Shown here piece after piece: positions 24,233-33,736 of a DNA stretch of 34,661 nucleotides; the first letter of the stretch is position 1, and each line of letters starts with the position of its first letter. The notes beneath the pieces were generated by a model. The model saw only the letters and a program-made list of their open reading frames with translations. It made no database searches and was not told the DNA's origin. The stretch is taken from IMG/VR virus record IMGVR_UViG_3300050133_000059, positions 1-34,661 of that record, one strand, 5' to 3'. Both the position numbers and the translations under genes were made by a program. This stretch comes from a virus. Taxonomy: Duplodnaviria > Caudoviricetes.

Positions 24233-24942
24233 TGCGTGATACTCCCATTAAAATTGCTCGTAGGCCCCCCAGTATTGCTTCCGCCGTTCCCGTTGGTATG
24301 AGCGTGAGAATTCAGCCACAAGACCAATGATTCCCAGCCAGCATGCATTATCGCAGGGCTTGTACTAGCCTGACTGTCCTGAATATTTCCCGTCGAGCCA
24401 GTGAGGCTCCATTGCCCCTGAGTGAGGGTAAGAACACTGTCCCCTACCGTAACTTTGAACTGCGAAGGCGCGGCAATTGTCACAGCTTCAGGTGTCAAAA
24501 GAAAAGTGGTGTTACTGCCCGCATCGCGGATTGTGACCCCTTCCGGCCCGTAAAGTGTTAACACATCCCCATCTACGGGATCCCATTCCGTATGACTGAT
24601 GGGCAAAAACACTAACGCACTCAGGTTTGCTGGAGGTGTTAAGTCAGCCGTACCGCCTCCCTGCCCACTGATGCCGCCAATGTAGGTACCTGCCGGGATA
24701 ACTATCCCACGGTCACCGGGTTGCATTGGGTACCGGATATACTGTGGACCAAAAATTGGAATGGTCACCTGCGGCAATGTGTAGGGAATTTTTGTCAGGC
24801 TAAACGAAACAGTGATCATGTTCCCTGACCGCTTAATGACTGTAACCGGCAAAACTTTACCAGAGACTTCCAGTGCGTCCTGTATCTTGCGCTCGGTGAA
24901 CTGGTTCATGTTTCTGCCGAAATTCAGCTTATTCCCGATCAT
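24229..24942 (-). CDS. Baseplate central spike protein
   Basis: N-terminal P...GD.G region, beta-repeat middle, C-terminal HAH.NG...T..P (HxH) tip motif. Confidence 0.8.
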   Translation of the reverse strand: MIGNKLNFGRNMNQFTERKIQDALEVSGKVLPVTVIKRSGNMITVSFSLTKIPYTLPQVTIPIFGPQYIRYPMQPGDRGIVIPAGTYIGGISGQGGGTADLTPPANLSALVFLPISHTEWDPVDGDVLTLYGPEGVTIRDAGSNTTFLLTPEAVTIAAPSQFKVTVGDSVLTLTQGQWSLTGSTGNIQDSQASTSPAIMHAGWESLVLWLNSHAHTNGNGGSNTGGPTSNFNGSITQ

Positions 24943-25961
24943 TTTTTCGCAAACTCCGCTTCAGGATTGGCCTCAATAATAGTTATCCAGGAACCACCAT
25001 CACGTTGGCGATTGTTGCCAACAAGTCGGACAGACTGGACTTTAAACGAACCAGAAAATGCGGCGTCATCTCTGAACTGCGAATATGACGACGCCTGTAT
25101 CATTGGGCGTGATTTCTTAGGCATCAGGATGACATCACCCACCTGTATATCGGCTCGCATTACACAGGCCAGAGTTACCACGCCAAACCGTATCCAGGTG
25201 GGTTGCCCGATGAGGTCAGAAAATTCAATCTGGATGGGGTTGTTGTTACGGTAAACGGCACTGTTGCGTGATGTCTGGTCAGGATGGTTTGCGTAATCAT
25301 TATCCGTCACGCGCAGCTCGTTTCCATTAACAACCGTCATTTCGACACCGGAGTAGCCAGGATCTTTTATGATTGATAATGAGAAATCTTTTAAATTTTT
25401 GGCTAGCCCAGTTAACGAACCGCAATACATTTGCCGGTCGTAATTCAAAATTAACCTGTTGCTGATATTTATGTTGGGTTTATACCCACCAAGAGTCATG
25501 AAGCATTGACTCAGCGCCACAGATAACTTCTGCCCAGAAAGCCAGGGTAGTGTGAGATTCACCGGTGCTAGGGGTGCTGGATTTGAGGAAGATACAGGTC
25601 CGGCAAAAATAATAAAATCCAGTCTTAGCTCCGTCCCCTGCCAGTTACCGAAGGCTTGAAATATGGTGCCATCAATTACAAGTCCGCGTTGCTGGGGATT
25701 GGCAAGCGGGAGGCCTTTCGACATACCGGAAAATAGTTGAATTCTTTTCCCACTCATATTCTGCCGGGCTTGCTGCATTTCCTGTGGGCTAATCCCCCAA
25801 ACTGTTATATGGCTCTCACCCTGCGGGGTTGACTCCCCAAACCTGAGAATATCGAATTCAACCATCAGCGCGCCGGGGTTAAATACACCGTTTTTGAGGC
25901 TTGAATATTCCCGATAAATTGTTCCGTCACTATTGAATATTTTAATGTCGTAATATCGCAT
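24939..25961 (-). CDS. Baseplate hub protein
   Basis: 340 aa upstream of the spike; LIGQPTW and G.F.V..V...GN.R......W.T motifs. Confidence 0.7.
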   Translation of the reverse strand: MRYYDIKIFNSDGTIYREYSSLKNGVFNPGALMVEFDILRFGESTPQGESHITVWGISPQEMQQARQNMSGKRIQLFSGMSKGLPLANPQQRGLVIDGTIFQAFGNWQGTELRLDFIIFAGPVSSSNPAPLAPVNLTLPWLSGQKLSVALSQCFMTLGGYKPNINISNRLILNYDRQMYCGSLTGLAKNLKDFSLSIIKDPGYSGVEMTVVNGNELRVTDNDYANHPDQTSRNSAVYRNNNPIQIEFSDLIGQPTWIRFGVVTLACVMRADIQVGDVILMPKKSRPMIQASSYSQFRDDAAFSGSFKVQSVRLVGNNRQRDGGSWITIIEANPEAEFAKK

Positions 25962-26236
25962 CAGCTCGTGACCTCAATTTGACCGTTGGAGCCCCTCCAA
26001 TACATAACAGTGGCAGAGAAAACACCTGCAATAAGGTTTATCCCTGTGCTGGTTGTAGATTCAATCATTGGGGTTGTCAGCAACCGGCTCCCAGAGTTGT
26101 CACTGACGTTCAAATACCAGCGCTGCGCGGCGATATTCCATTTAATCTGGCAGTCATACACAGAGCCATCCAAAACAGGCGTAAAGGCCATGCTTTTCTG
26201 CTCATCACCAGTGAAGGGATAGAGTTCTGTACTCAT
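25961..26236 (-). CDS. Small baseplate (plug-like) protein
   Basis: F...LDG..Y....KWN..QRWY.N..D..G pattern; position. Confidence 0.6.
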   Translation of the reverse strand: MSTELYPFTGDEQKSMAFTPVLDGSVYDCQIKWNIAAQRWYLNVSDNSGSRLLTTPMIESTTSTGINLIAGVFSATVMYWRGSNGQIEVTS

Positions 26237-26949
26237 ATGCCAAACGTTCCTTTCAATGAACTAATCAGCCCATTTATTCCGCTGATCACGCCGCTTCCTA
26301 ACGCTGTGTTGCCCAAAGCGGATGTTGTATTTGTCCACGCGCTGCCGGTTTGTTTATCACCAGCATCGACTTTATTTAGAAAATTGGTAACGGCCTGGTC
26401 AGCGCTGGTTTCAGTTACTAATGGCTGCTCAAAATCCCACAACCATTGGCTCTGCGGGGTCGTCTCATTACCGCCCGTTACGTCGCGAACAGTTTTCAAA
26501 ATACAGTTGCTATAAATGATCCCGGGGGTTGCGACAACATAGGTGCCACCGAGATTCGCATGAGCCTGAAGAACGGCTTGTAACGCACTCAGCGTTACAA
26601 GTTTTGTCATCGCCCCGGTGTTTTCGTTGATAGGGGTTCTCATCAGCAAGGAAACACGAAGCGGGTTTGCTAAAAGCGCATTTGCGGCCACTGTCTGATT
26701 TGCAAAAGAATACGTGGCGATATCGTAATCAATCATTGTCGAGCCCTGCATGGCCGACCAATGACAGAAATATTTATCCAGATCAGTAAGCGAACTGGAT
26801 CCGCCAATCAGGCTTGATACAAAACTGGCACTTTGCGTCAGCGCCACAATTGGCAGCATCCCGCCGGGAATGCTCTGGGCGATCCCTTCACTGAGAATTA
26901 CCGGCGAGATCTCGAAGCCGAGACGATACAACTCGCGCGTAAACGCCAT
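26233..26949 (-). CDS. Baseplate or tail-tube initiator-like protein
   Basis: Directly after the tape measure gene with a TAATG overlap; function is positional. Confidence 0.55.
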   Translation of the reverse strand: MAFTRELYRLGFEISPVILSEGIAQSIPGGMLPIVALTQSASFVSSLIGGSSSLTDLDKYFCHWSAMQGSTMIDYDIATYSFANQTVAANALLANPLRVSLLMRTPINENTGAMTKLVTLSALQAVLQAHANLGGTYVVATPGIIYSNCILKTVRDVTGGNETTPQSQWLWDFEQPLVTETSADQAVTNFLNKVDAGDKQTGSAWTNTTSALGNTALGSGVISGINGLISSLKGTFGI

Positions 26950-28832
26950 TATCCGTACCCCCCAAGCTGTGTGCTGGTCACAACGGCGTTACCGCCTGTA
27001 TTGTTGTTGATGGTCAAACCACCGCCATTATTTCGCCTTTGGTTGTCCAGAATTTGCTGAAGTATCTGATCAGTTTTAGCTGAGCCTTTTTGCGGATTGT
27101 TTTGCTGTGGGTCATCCTGAGTACTAGGCTGACCATACAGAGACGCATATTGCTCCTTAACGCGGGAGGGATATTCAATATTCTCCTTACTACCTCGTCG
27201 AATGCCCCCATTGTAGTAACGAAGCGCCTCTTCAAGGCCACCTCCATTTTTATCAGCGTATTTCATCCCATCAGCCAGCACCCGCGCGCCGGCCATGATG
27301 TTATCGCGAGGGTTGAACGGGCTCTCACCTGGTTGGAAATTCTGAGGCATTACCTGCATCAATCCTTGCGCGCCTGCTTTACTCACTGCATTCGGATCCC
27401 AGGAAGATTCAGCCCCCGTAATGGATTTCAACAGCTTTGCATTAACATTAAATTTTTTGGCCGCTTCATCGAAATAATCGTCGTATAGCGTTGGAGTAAC
27501 GCCTGAAAGTTTTCTCCCTGCTTTGAGCACGCCCCAGACGTTAGGATCGCCATCGGTACCAGGCACATAGCTTTGACCGGTCTTAGAGTCTTTCACTGCC
27601 TCATTACTTAGCATTGAGGAAGTCCCCTTAAAGAACTCCACTGCACTGATTTTCCCCGATGCAAAATCAATCACGCGCCCAATGTAACGGGCCAGTTTTT
27701 CAACGCCGTTCATGAAGCTGTCCACATCAGACTTAAATTCAGGCGATGCGAGATAATTTCCGAATTTCTGAATACCGCCCGCAAGGCCATCAATCCATTT
27801 ACCAAGTTCAGGGGATTTAAGAACCGTATCAATGGCCCCAGAAAAGGCGTCAGAGAGCTTACTGAGCTGCGGGGTCAGCGGTGCCAGCCCGCGGATAAAC
27901 GAATTCTCAATGCTTATGCCGCTGCGCTGGATCTGGACGTTAAAATCCTGCCATTGCTTTTGTGTCTGGTCGCTCAACTGTAACTGTTGGCTGTCCTGTT
28001 CTGCGCGCTTTTGCATTGCGTCGATTTCTGCATCGCTCATGTGTTTAAAGCGGTTCAGATCATCGAGAGAGAAGAAGTTCGTCAGTCCGTTAGCTTCCGC
28101 CCCCTGAAGCGTGCTGCCGTTGCGTACGAAGATATCCCTCGCGCTGCGAATCATTTGCGGCAGGAGCTTCGCCGGGTCCTGATCAGGGTTTTTGATGCCC
28201 ATTGCGCCGAACTGCCAGCGCTTCCCGAGATCAAGCTGTGCGTCACGAATTGCGCCCAGAGTCGACACCGGGTTACCAAGCGCTGTCTGATAATTTACGG
28301 CGCTGGAATTCAGTCCGCCGGCAGTCGTTCCAAGCCCAAGCGCCGTGAAGCGCTGCGCTGAAGTGCCTGCGGCAAGACGGTTTAAGCCAAACAGGCCACC
28401 AACGCCAATAAGCCCAGAGAAAACACCAACAATTGTTCCCCAAGAGATCAGGCTGGTTGTGGCGTCTTTGATGTGACCAGCCAAAGATTTGGCGTCTTTG
28501 GTTGCACCATTCAGGAATTTCTGTGCTCCACTGGCCGCTTTGTTAAAGACCGACTGGGTTTTGTTAGCCTTTTCCAAATTGCCGTTAAGCCTATCGAGGC
28601 CAGTGTTTATAGCGGCAATCGACGCAACGCCCTCCGCAAAGGCTTGCGCCATTGATTCGGAATTAACCTGTGCTTTTTCTGTTGCCTTGGCGCTGACCCC
28701 GATCCCTTGAGCGGCTTCGCGCCACGCTTCCGGTAACTCGCCAATGGCACTCTGATATTCCCTGAATTTTTCGAGAAATGACTGAAATTTATCGTCATTA
28801 ACATCAATTTCAAGGAGAGATTTAGCCACCAT
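26949..28832 (-). CDS. Tape measure protein with a C-terminal SLT lytic transglycosylase domain
   Basis: Ala/Gly-rich helical region with a hydrophobic segment; AESS.DPNAVS.AGA.GLMQ.MP, NI.AGA..L and AL..YN.G motifs. Confidence 0.88.
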   Translation of the reverse strand: MVAKSLLEIDVNDDKFQSFLEKFREYQSAIGELPEAWREAAQGIGVSAKATEKAQVNSESMAQAFAEGVASIAAINTGLDRLNGNLEKANKTQSVFNKAASGAQKFLNGATKDAKSLAGHIKDATTSLISWGTIVGVFSGLIGVGGLFGLNRLAAGTSAQRFTALGLGTTAGGLNSSAVNYQTALGNPVSTLGAIRDAQLDLGKRWQFGAMGIKNPDQDPAKLLPQMIRSARDIFVRNGSTLQGAEANGLTNFFSLDDLNRFKHMSDAEIDAMQKRAEQDSQQLQLSDQTQKQWQDFNVQIQRSGISIENSFIRGLAPLTPQLSKLSDAFSGAIDTVLKSPELGKWIDGLAGGIQKFGNYLASPEFKSDVDSFMNGVEKLARYIGRVIDFASGKISAVEFFKGTSSMLSNEAVKDSKTGQSYVPGTDGDPNVWGVLKAGRKLSGVTPTLYDDYFDEAAKKFNVNAKLLKSITGAESSWDPNAVSKAGAQGLMQVMPQNFQPGESPFNPRDNIMAGARVLADGMKYADKNGGGLEEALRYYNGGIRRGSKENIEYPSRVKEQYASLYGQPSTQDDPQQNNPQKGSAKTDQILQQILDNQRRNNGGGLTINNNTGGNAVVTSTQLGGYG

Positions 28833-29151
28833 TGAAGTATCCCTTCTTGTTTATCTCATCAAGGATGAACCGTTGCCGGAAATGGAGGGGGCTTTTGTAA
28901 TCCCCCAAATCATATTCACGGCAAAGGTCCCGGAATCCCTCGTTAGAAGCCCAGTCTAAGAGGGTATGTGTGATAGTTCCTGCTGGGCTGGCGGGGCCGG
29001 GGTATCGGTATCCGTTTTCGACGTCAGTAAAGAATCTTTGAACGCCGTAGCACTCAATAAGACGAGTTGCCCGCTGTACATCTCCAACGCTTTGCCAATA
29101 GTTGGAACAAACAGGCTCGGTTTCTGAATAGCAGAGGAGACCATAAAAAAA
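28822..29151 (-). CDS. Possible -1 frameshift extension of the tail assembly chaperone (GT-like)
   Basis: The -1 frame is open from a T-TTT-TTT heptamer to the tape measure start; no clear independent start. Confidence 0.45.
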   Translation of the reverse strand, partial: FFYGLLCYSETEPVCSNYWQSVGDVQRATRLIECYGVQRFFTDVENGYRYPGPASPAGTITHTLLDWASNEGFRDLCREYDLGDYKSPLHFRQRFILDEINKKGYFNGG

Positions 29152-29534
29152 ACAATCTCCCCTTCCACTTCCCGATACTCCTCGTCGCTCAAGATCCCCT
29201 GTTTCAACGCGGTATCCAACGGAGAGGTTTTCCATGCCCCAGCGTCGGACCAGACGACGCTGGTTAAACGCTGAATGTCATCAACAATGGTCGGACCGGC
29301 GGCCAGCAGACCTTTATCCTGTTGAGCCTTCAGAGTTTGACGAAGCATCATTGCTGCCACGCGGGGAGCGCCCATACTACCGACCAGGGAAAAGAAATTA
29401 TTGAACATGCCCCCCAACAACATGCAGTTGTCTTCAACCACCTCGTAGGGAAATGGCACCACATGCAGATAAACCAGCGAACCATCATCGCGACTGATGG
29501 TGCTGACAAAGTTCAGCTTTTTATCAATTTTCAC
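28956..29534 (-). CDS. Tail assembly chaperone
   Basis: Lies between the tube and tape measure genes; probable GTG start at 29534. Confidence 0.65.
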   Translation of the reverse strand: MKIDKKLNFVSTISRDDGSLVYLHVVPFPYEVVEDNCMLLGGMFNNFFSLVGSMGAPRVAAMMLRQTLKAQQDKGLLAAGPTIVDDIQRLTSVVWSDAGAWKTSPLDTALKQGILSDEEYREVEGEIVFFMVSSAIQKPSLFVPTIGKALEMYSGQLVLLSATAFKDSLLTSKTDTDTPAPPAQQELSHIPS

Positions 29535-29539
29535 GATAA

Positions 29540-29977
29540 TCAGTTCCACATATTGCTGTTGACCGGCACGTATCCGGAAATTGTCACGACATAACCGGCA
29601 TCAGTACCGTTGAGCAGCAATTCATTGAAGTTTATGAGGTAGCAATTCAATGCGGTTACTGTTCCAAATGTGGTTGCATCAGGCGTGACCACGATTTCAC
29701 CCAGCGAGGTATCAGTAGCGAATTGATTTTGATAGCTGGCCCCCAGGCTTTGCGTTTTCAGCATATGAGCGGTGATCGTCACCTGCTGGTATGGAACCTG
29801 GCTCCCGACCGTACCAGCCATTGTGCCGATGATGTCAGTAGCTGGCCCCTCAGGCCGCACGCTGATCCCATCCTTTCCCAAATATGAAGCCGTGATATTT
29901 AAGGCCGGAATATCAGTAACTGACATTGAAGCCTTAACGCGGTTAAGAAACCCTTGAGCGACTAAAGGATTTGGCAT
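29540..29977 (-). CDS. Tail tube protein
   Basis: 145 aa, beta-rich, immediately after the sheath gene. Confidence 0.7.
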   Translation of the reverse strand: MPNPLVAQGFLNRVKASMSVTDIPALNITASYLGKDGISVRPEGPATDIIGTMAGTVGSQVPYQQVTITAHMLKTQSLGASYQNQFATDTSLGEIVVTPDATTFGTVTALNCYLINFNELLLNGTDAGYVVTISGYVPVNSNMWN

Positions 29978-29983
29978 TTATTT

Positions 29984-31372
29984 TTACCCCACAAAATTGG
30001 TAACGTTAAGATTGAAGGTGATCGATTCGAAACCGCGTTTCGGCGTCATTACCGCGCTCAGGCCACCATATTCACCATCTGCGTACGCCGACTCGTTGAG
30101 GCTGGTGTAGTTGGAGAATGGCACCGCATTGATAACTGCGTTTCCGGAGTAATCACCTTCATTGAAGTTTTCATTGAAGGTTGTCTGATCCAGCTTCGTG
30201 CTGATTACCTGACCGAGAATTAGGCCGTAGCTAATACCAGAACGGAAAGTTTTCAGGCCACGTTTCTGCAGCCGGTCGATACCGTCCTGATCGTAATAGA
30301 GCGGATTCGTAGTGGTGTTCGAACCGTTAATAATTTCGTTGGCGATATCCAGCTCGAGATTAATTGCGCACCAGGCCACGGAGTACCAGTAGTTAAATGG
30401 ATTGCCATCCAACATGTGCCCAGCGACCAGCATTTTATTGCTCAGCCCTCCCTCAGCGGCAGAGCCGATGTAGTTGATGCTGGCATCCTTCAGAGTTTTC
30501 AATAAGGTGCCGTTGCCAGCTGGTGGATATTCCGTGACTCCGTACATAAACCGGTACGCCATTGGCGGCACCATATTGGATGATCCCGGGTCGTTTACGA
30601 GTGAGGATTGGAACGGGCCGGCCATAGAAAATTCAGTTCCTACAACGGCAGGCGCCTCAACACCAGCTAATACGTTTGGATAGGCAGTTGCTACCCAAGC
30701 AGCGTAAGTGCTAATCGTTGTGGTCACGAAAAACTTCACCAAAGATCCCGGTGACGTGTAGTTATTCACAAGCGTTTTAAACGTGTCTTCCGTATCCCAC
30801 GCGCGCGGGACAAGGTAGGAGAAAAATGTCTGGTAGGTATTGCCGAGAGAAACGTCTTCAGCGATGAAATCACTCAGCGCAGCGACCCCTTCCTCAGAAT
30901 CACCAGCGCCCAGCTCAAGCACGTAAACCGCGCGTCGCGTTCCTTGAGCCCAGAACACCGTGTTCATCTGGTTAATTTCTAAAGATGCCGGTGGCGTGAC
31001 TTTCCCTTGAGTTGTCACCGTGCCCGGGTCTGTGGTCAGAGGGTAGGTAAATTCTGTTGTGCTGGTGATCGTTGCCGTGACAGAGCCGTTGTAAGCTGAA
31101 GGGGCGACGCCGGAGATGGTGGCCGGCACCTCGTCGCCGATGGTCAAGCCATGGGGACTGGCTAATGTGACGGTTACAACGCCGGTTGCCCACGCAATGC
31201 TGGTGGTTGCAACTGTTTTCAGATAGTCACCGAGGTCGGATGAACCAGTCAAAAGCTGATATGACCCCGCCGTTAACGTTGTCCCGCCTTGGGAAATCAT
31301 TGCGCCCGATTTTAGCAGTTGCGATGGCTTAGGCGGATTGAGGATTGAAATATTAATATTAACAATTGCCAT
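29984..31372 (-). CDS. Tail sheath protein
   Basis: 462 aa; NY, G...DG.PF..WY..W, ING.N....PL.Y.Q.GI..L motifs typical of contractile sheaths. Confidence 0.75.
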   Translation of the reverse strand: MAIVNINISILNPPKPSQLLKSGAMISQGGTTLTAGSYQLLTGSSDLGDYLKTVATTSIAWATGVVTVTLASPHGLTIGDEVPATISGVAPSAYNGSVTATITSTTEFTYPLTTDPGTVTTQGKVTPPASLEINQMNTVFWAQGTRRAVYVLELGAGDSEEGVAALSDFIAEDVSLGNTYQTFFSYLVPRAWDTEDTFKTLVNNYTSPGSLVKFFVTTTISTYAAWVATAYPNVLAGVEAPAVVGTEFSMAGPFQSSLVNDPGSSNMVPPMAYRFMYGVTEYPPAGNGTLLKTLKDASINYIGSAAEGGLSNKMLVAGHMLDGNPFNYWYSVAWCAINLELDIANEIINGSNTTTNPLYYDQDGIDRLQKRGLKTFRSGISYGLILGQVISTKLDQTTFNENFNEGDYSGNAVINAVPFSNYTSLNESAYADGEYGGLSAVMTPKRGFESITFNLNVTNFVG

Positions 31373-32317
31373 TTATTTAGCCTCCGCATAAATGGTCGGG
31401 ATTGACTTCGTGATCAGCTGGCGGGCGACGTTTCGCATGCGCTGCTGGTAATAATTGATTCTGAATTTGATGGTTTTACGCATGGCGATAATATTCAGTT
31501 CGTTCTGCGTAACCCGCTCATCCTGCACAACGGGAATGTTCATAACCCCCATCTCGGCTTCGTCGCCCAACGTGTATTGCTGGATATATCGAAGGAAATC
31601 TTCAACCGCAGCATTACGCAGCCCGGTAATAGAAATCGTCACATCCTCGGTAACCAGTTGCCACTGATTGCTCATTTCATCCAAGTAAAACCCCCCGGCA
31701 ATGGGTGTCGTATTGCTGCATTTGACAGTGGCGTACGGTGGCGCAAGATTCTGGGTTGAAAGCATTGATGGAAACATCGGCATGAACTGGCTAAGGCCCA
31801 GCCAGACAGGCAGGGAACTCGACACCACGACGTCCGTTAAATCGATATCGTCCGGCGAATTAATAATTTGTGACCGCATGTGCGGGTAAACGGCCTCACC
31901 GGTGTAGTGATAGGTATTGGCCTGTTCGTTCAGACCGGTACGGCGTGAAAACGAAAACTGAATACCAAAAAACTCCCCGATGTAGAGAACCTCAGATCCA
32001 ATGTCGTTGAACGGGTCAATATCGGCCTGTGCAGTAAAAGTCACGACATTTCGGTCGTATAGCTGCTCATCTTCCTGAATGCTTTCCGTAGTCAGATGCA
32101 GATAACCTTTCACGTCCACGGAATCCGGTTCCGGGTCTGCATCATCTGAGAGAATTGAAGCCTTAACCCAGAACACAAATCCGTCGAGGGGGAGAACTTT
32201 GCGAATGTACTTCGTGAACGTCACGACGCCGGAGCGACTGATATCATCAATACCCTGAGCCAACGCGGCATTGAGTTCTGTCTTCGCGGTTTTCTGTAAC
32301 TCACTGAGGGAAGGCAT
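31373..32317 (-). CDS. Head-tail connector or tail terminator region protein
   Basis: 314 aa, between the neck and sheath genes; positional. Confidence 0.5.
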   Translation of the reverse strand: MPSLSELQKTAKTELNAALAQGIDDISRSGVVTFTKYIRKVLPLDGFVFWVKASILSDDADPEPDSVDVKGYLHLTTESIQEDEQLYDRNVVTFTAQADIDPFNDIGSEVLYIGEFFGIQFSFSRRTGLNEQANTYHYTGEAVYPHMRSQIINSPDDIDLTDVVVSSSLPVWLGLSQFMPMFPSMLSTQNLAPPYATVKCSNTTPIAGGFYLDEMSNQWQLVTEDVTISITGLRNAAVEDFLRYIQQYTLGDEAEMGVMNIPVVQDERVTQNELNIIAMRKTIKFRINYYQQRMRNVARQLITKSIPTIYAEAK

Positions 32318-32735
32318 TTAACACCCCACTAACCCATGAACGCATCGCAGCCTGATACGTGCCCGTGTCGATGAACGAAGGACGCGGATCGCCTTTTTTG
32401 TTTTTGAAACGCTTACTGATCCCATCCAGTGCGCGCTTTGTAGGAACGCCATCAGCCCCATTCATCTCCTGGTTTTCAAGGAAAGCGACGAAAAGGTTAT
32501 GCACCTGAGACATGGACTCCGCCAGAGGGTCACGCGGCATGGGGGCACCGCCCAGAAGGTTTTCAAGCCCACCAGCCAGATCTCTACTCATCAGATCAGC
32601 GATATCTTGACCATGCCGTTCAAAGAAGGTCTGCATGATTTTGTATTTCCCCTCGAGAAACTCAGCCACGTCGCCGGTAGTCGTGTTCTCATCCTCGTAA
32701 GGTACATCTATCACGCCGAAATGAAGGGTGATCAT
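32301..32735 (-). CDS. Neck or tail completion protein
   Basis: VA..LE..Y and RPSFIDTG.Y motifs (HK97 gp10-like pattern). Confidence 0.6.
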   Translation of the reverse strand: MITLHFGVIDVPYEDENTTTGDVAEFLEGKYKIMQTFFERHGQDIADLMSRDLAGGLENLLGGAPMPRDPLAESMSQVHNLFVAFLENQEMNGADGVPTKRALDGISKRFKNKKGDPRPSFIDTGTYQAAMRSWVSGVLNAFPQ

Positions 32736-33157
32736 GAGAGCCCCCAGAGATCGCCATACTGCTGAGCAATTTCCAAATACCGACGGCCGTACGGGTCTTT
32801 CAACTGCTGCAAATCCGCAATCGAGAGGTTTTTCAGCGCGTCGCTAACCTCCCGAGTTTGCCCGGTGCTGTTATCGAAAGATGAACTAATAACCCCCGCC
32901 GTAAAATTATTCAGGCCGAGCTTTTCCCGGATCTCGCCAAAGACAGAAGTTGGCCCGTAGTTGATGAGGAAAGACGCTGCGAGGTTGTAAACCGCCTGCG
33001 AATAAAAAAGAGGGCTGATATAAACAAGCTGTGGGTTTACCCAGTCGAGCGACAGGGTGTAATTATTCGCGATATAGGGAGAATCATCAGGCAAATCGTC
33101 CACACCTACTTCAAGAATATCGCGAATAAAAAGGATGAATCCGGACAGTTCAGGCAT
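32732..33157 (-). CDS. Head-tail adaptor protein (DUF4054-like)
   Basis: AVYNLAA, G.ISS..D.S and PYGR.YL motifs. Confidence 0.6.
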   Translation of the reverse strand: MPELSGFILFIRDILEVGVDDLPDDSPYIANNYTLSLDWVNPQLVYISPLFYSQAVYNLAASFLINYGPTSVFGEIREKLGLNNFTAGVISSSFDNSTGQTREVSDALKNLSIADLQQLKDPYGRRYLEIAQQYGDLWGLS

Positions 33158-33169
33158 TCCGCACCCCGG

Positions 33170-33664
33170 TTATTTTTTCTTACCAGAACCTTTTTTCTCG
33201 CCTTCAACAGAGATTGTTTCGCTAACAAAATCCGTATCCCGCGGGTCTTCATCTGCTTTCAGGCGCTGCTCTGCGCTTACTTCCAGATCCCCATGGAAAC
33301 CCATTTCTTCTGAACGGAGTTTATCGCTGGTAGCTAAAGCAGATGCCTGACGGTGATCGTTGGATTTGCGGGTCAGGTGCTGATCGTTATCACGCATTGC
33401 TTTTTCGATGATTTTCGAAGCAACCGGTTTGTCGATGCTGTAGCACAAACCAATGTAGGCTCGGCTTTGGTCAATGCGAGAAGCATCGATCAGGCCGTAA
33501 ATTTCATGCTGTCTGAGAATGTAATCAATTTCATCTTTGTTTCCGTCCAAAACAATGGACTGCTCGCCGGCCCGGATCGGGTGATGTACCAGGTTTGATT
33601 TTTCCAGACGACGGAAAGTGAAATCGTGGCGCTGTTTGGTTGTATTTGCGATATAGAGCTTCAT
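33170..33664 (-). CDS. Conserved hypothetical virion-module protein (164 aa, MKLYIANTTK...)
   Basis: GGAG RBS before ATG 33664; the longer ORF-track start lies within a terminator region. Confidence 0.7.
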   Translation of the reverse strand: MKLYIANTTKQRHDFTFRRLEKSNLVHHPIRAGEQSIVLDGNKDEIDYILRQHEIYGLIDASRIDQSRAYIGLCYSIDKPVASKIIEKAMRDNDQHLTRKSNDHRQASALATSDKLRSEEMGFHGDLEVSAEQRLKADEDPRDTDFVSETISVEGEKKGSGKKK

Positions 33665-33681
33665 GCTTTTACTCCGGAAAT

Positions 33682-33713
33682 AAAAACCCCGCTCACCAGA
33701 CGGCTGCGGGGTT
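33682..33713 (-). terminator. Terminator downstream of the major capsid gene
   Basis: AACCCCGC...GCGGGGTT-TTT with a large loop. Confidence 0.65.
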
Positions 33714-33736
33714 CGTAGCATTTGAAATGGTTTTTT

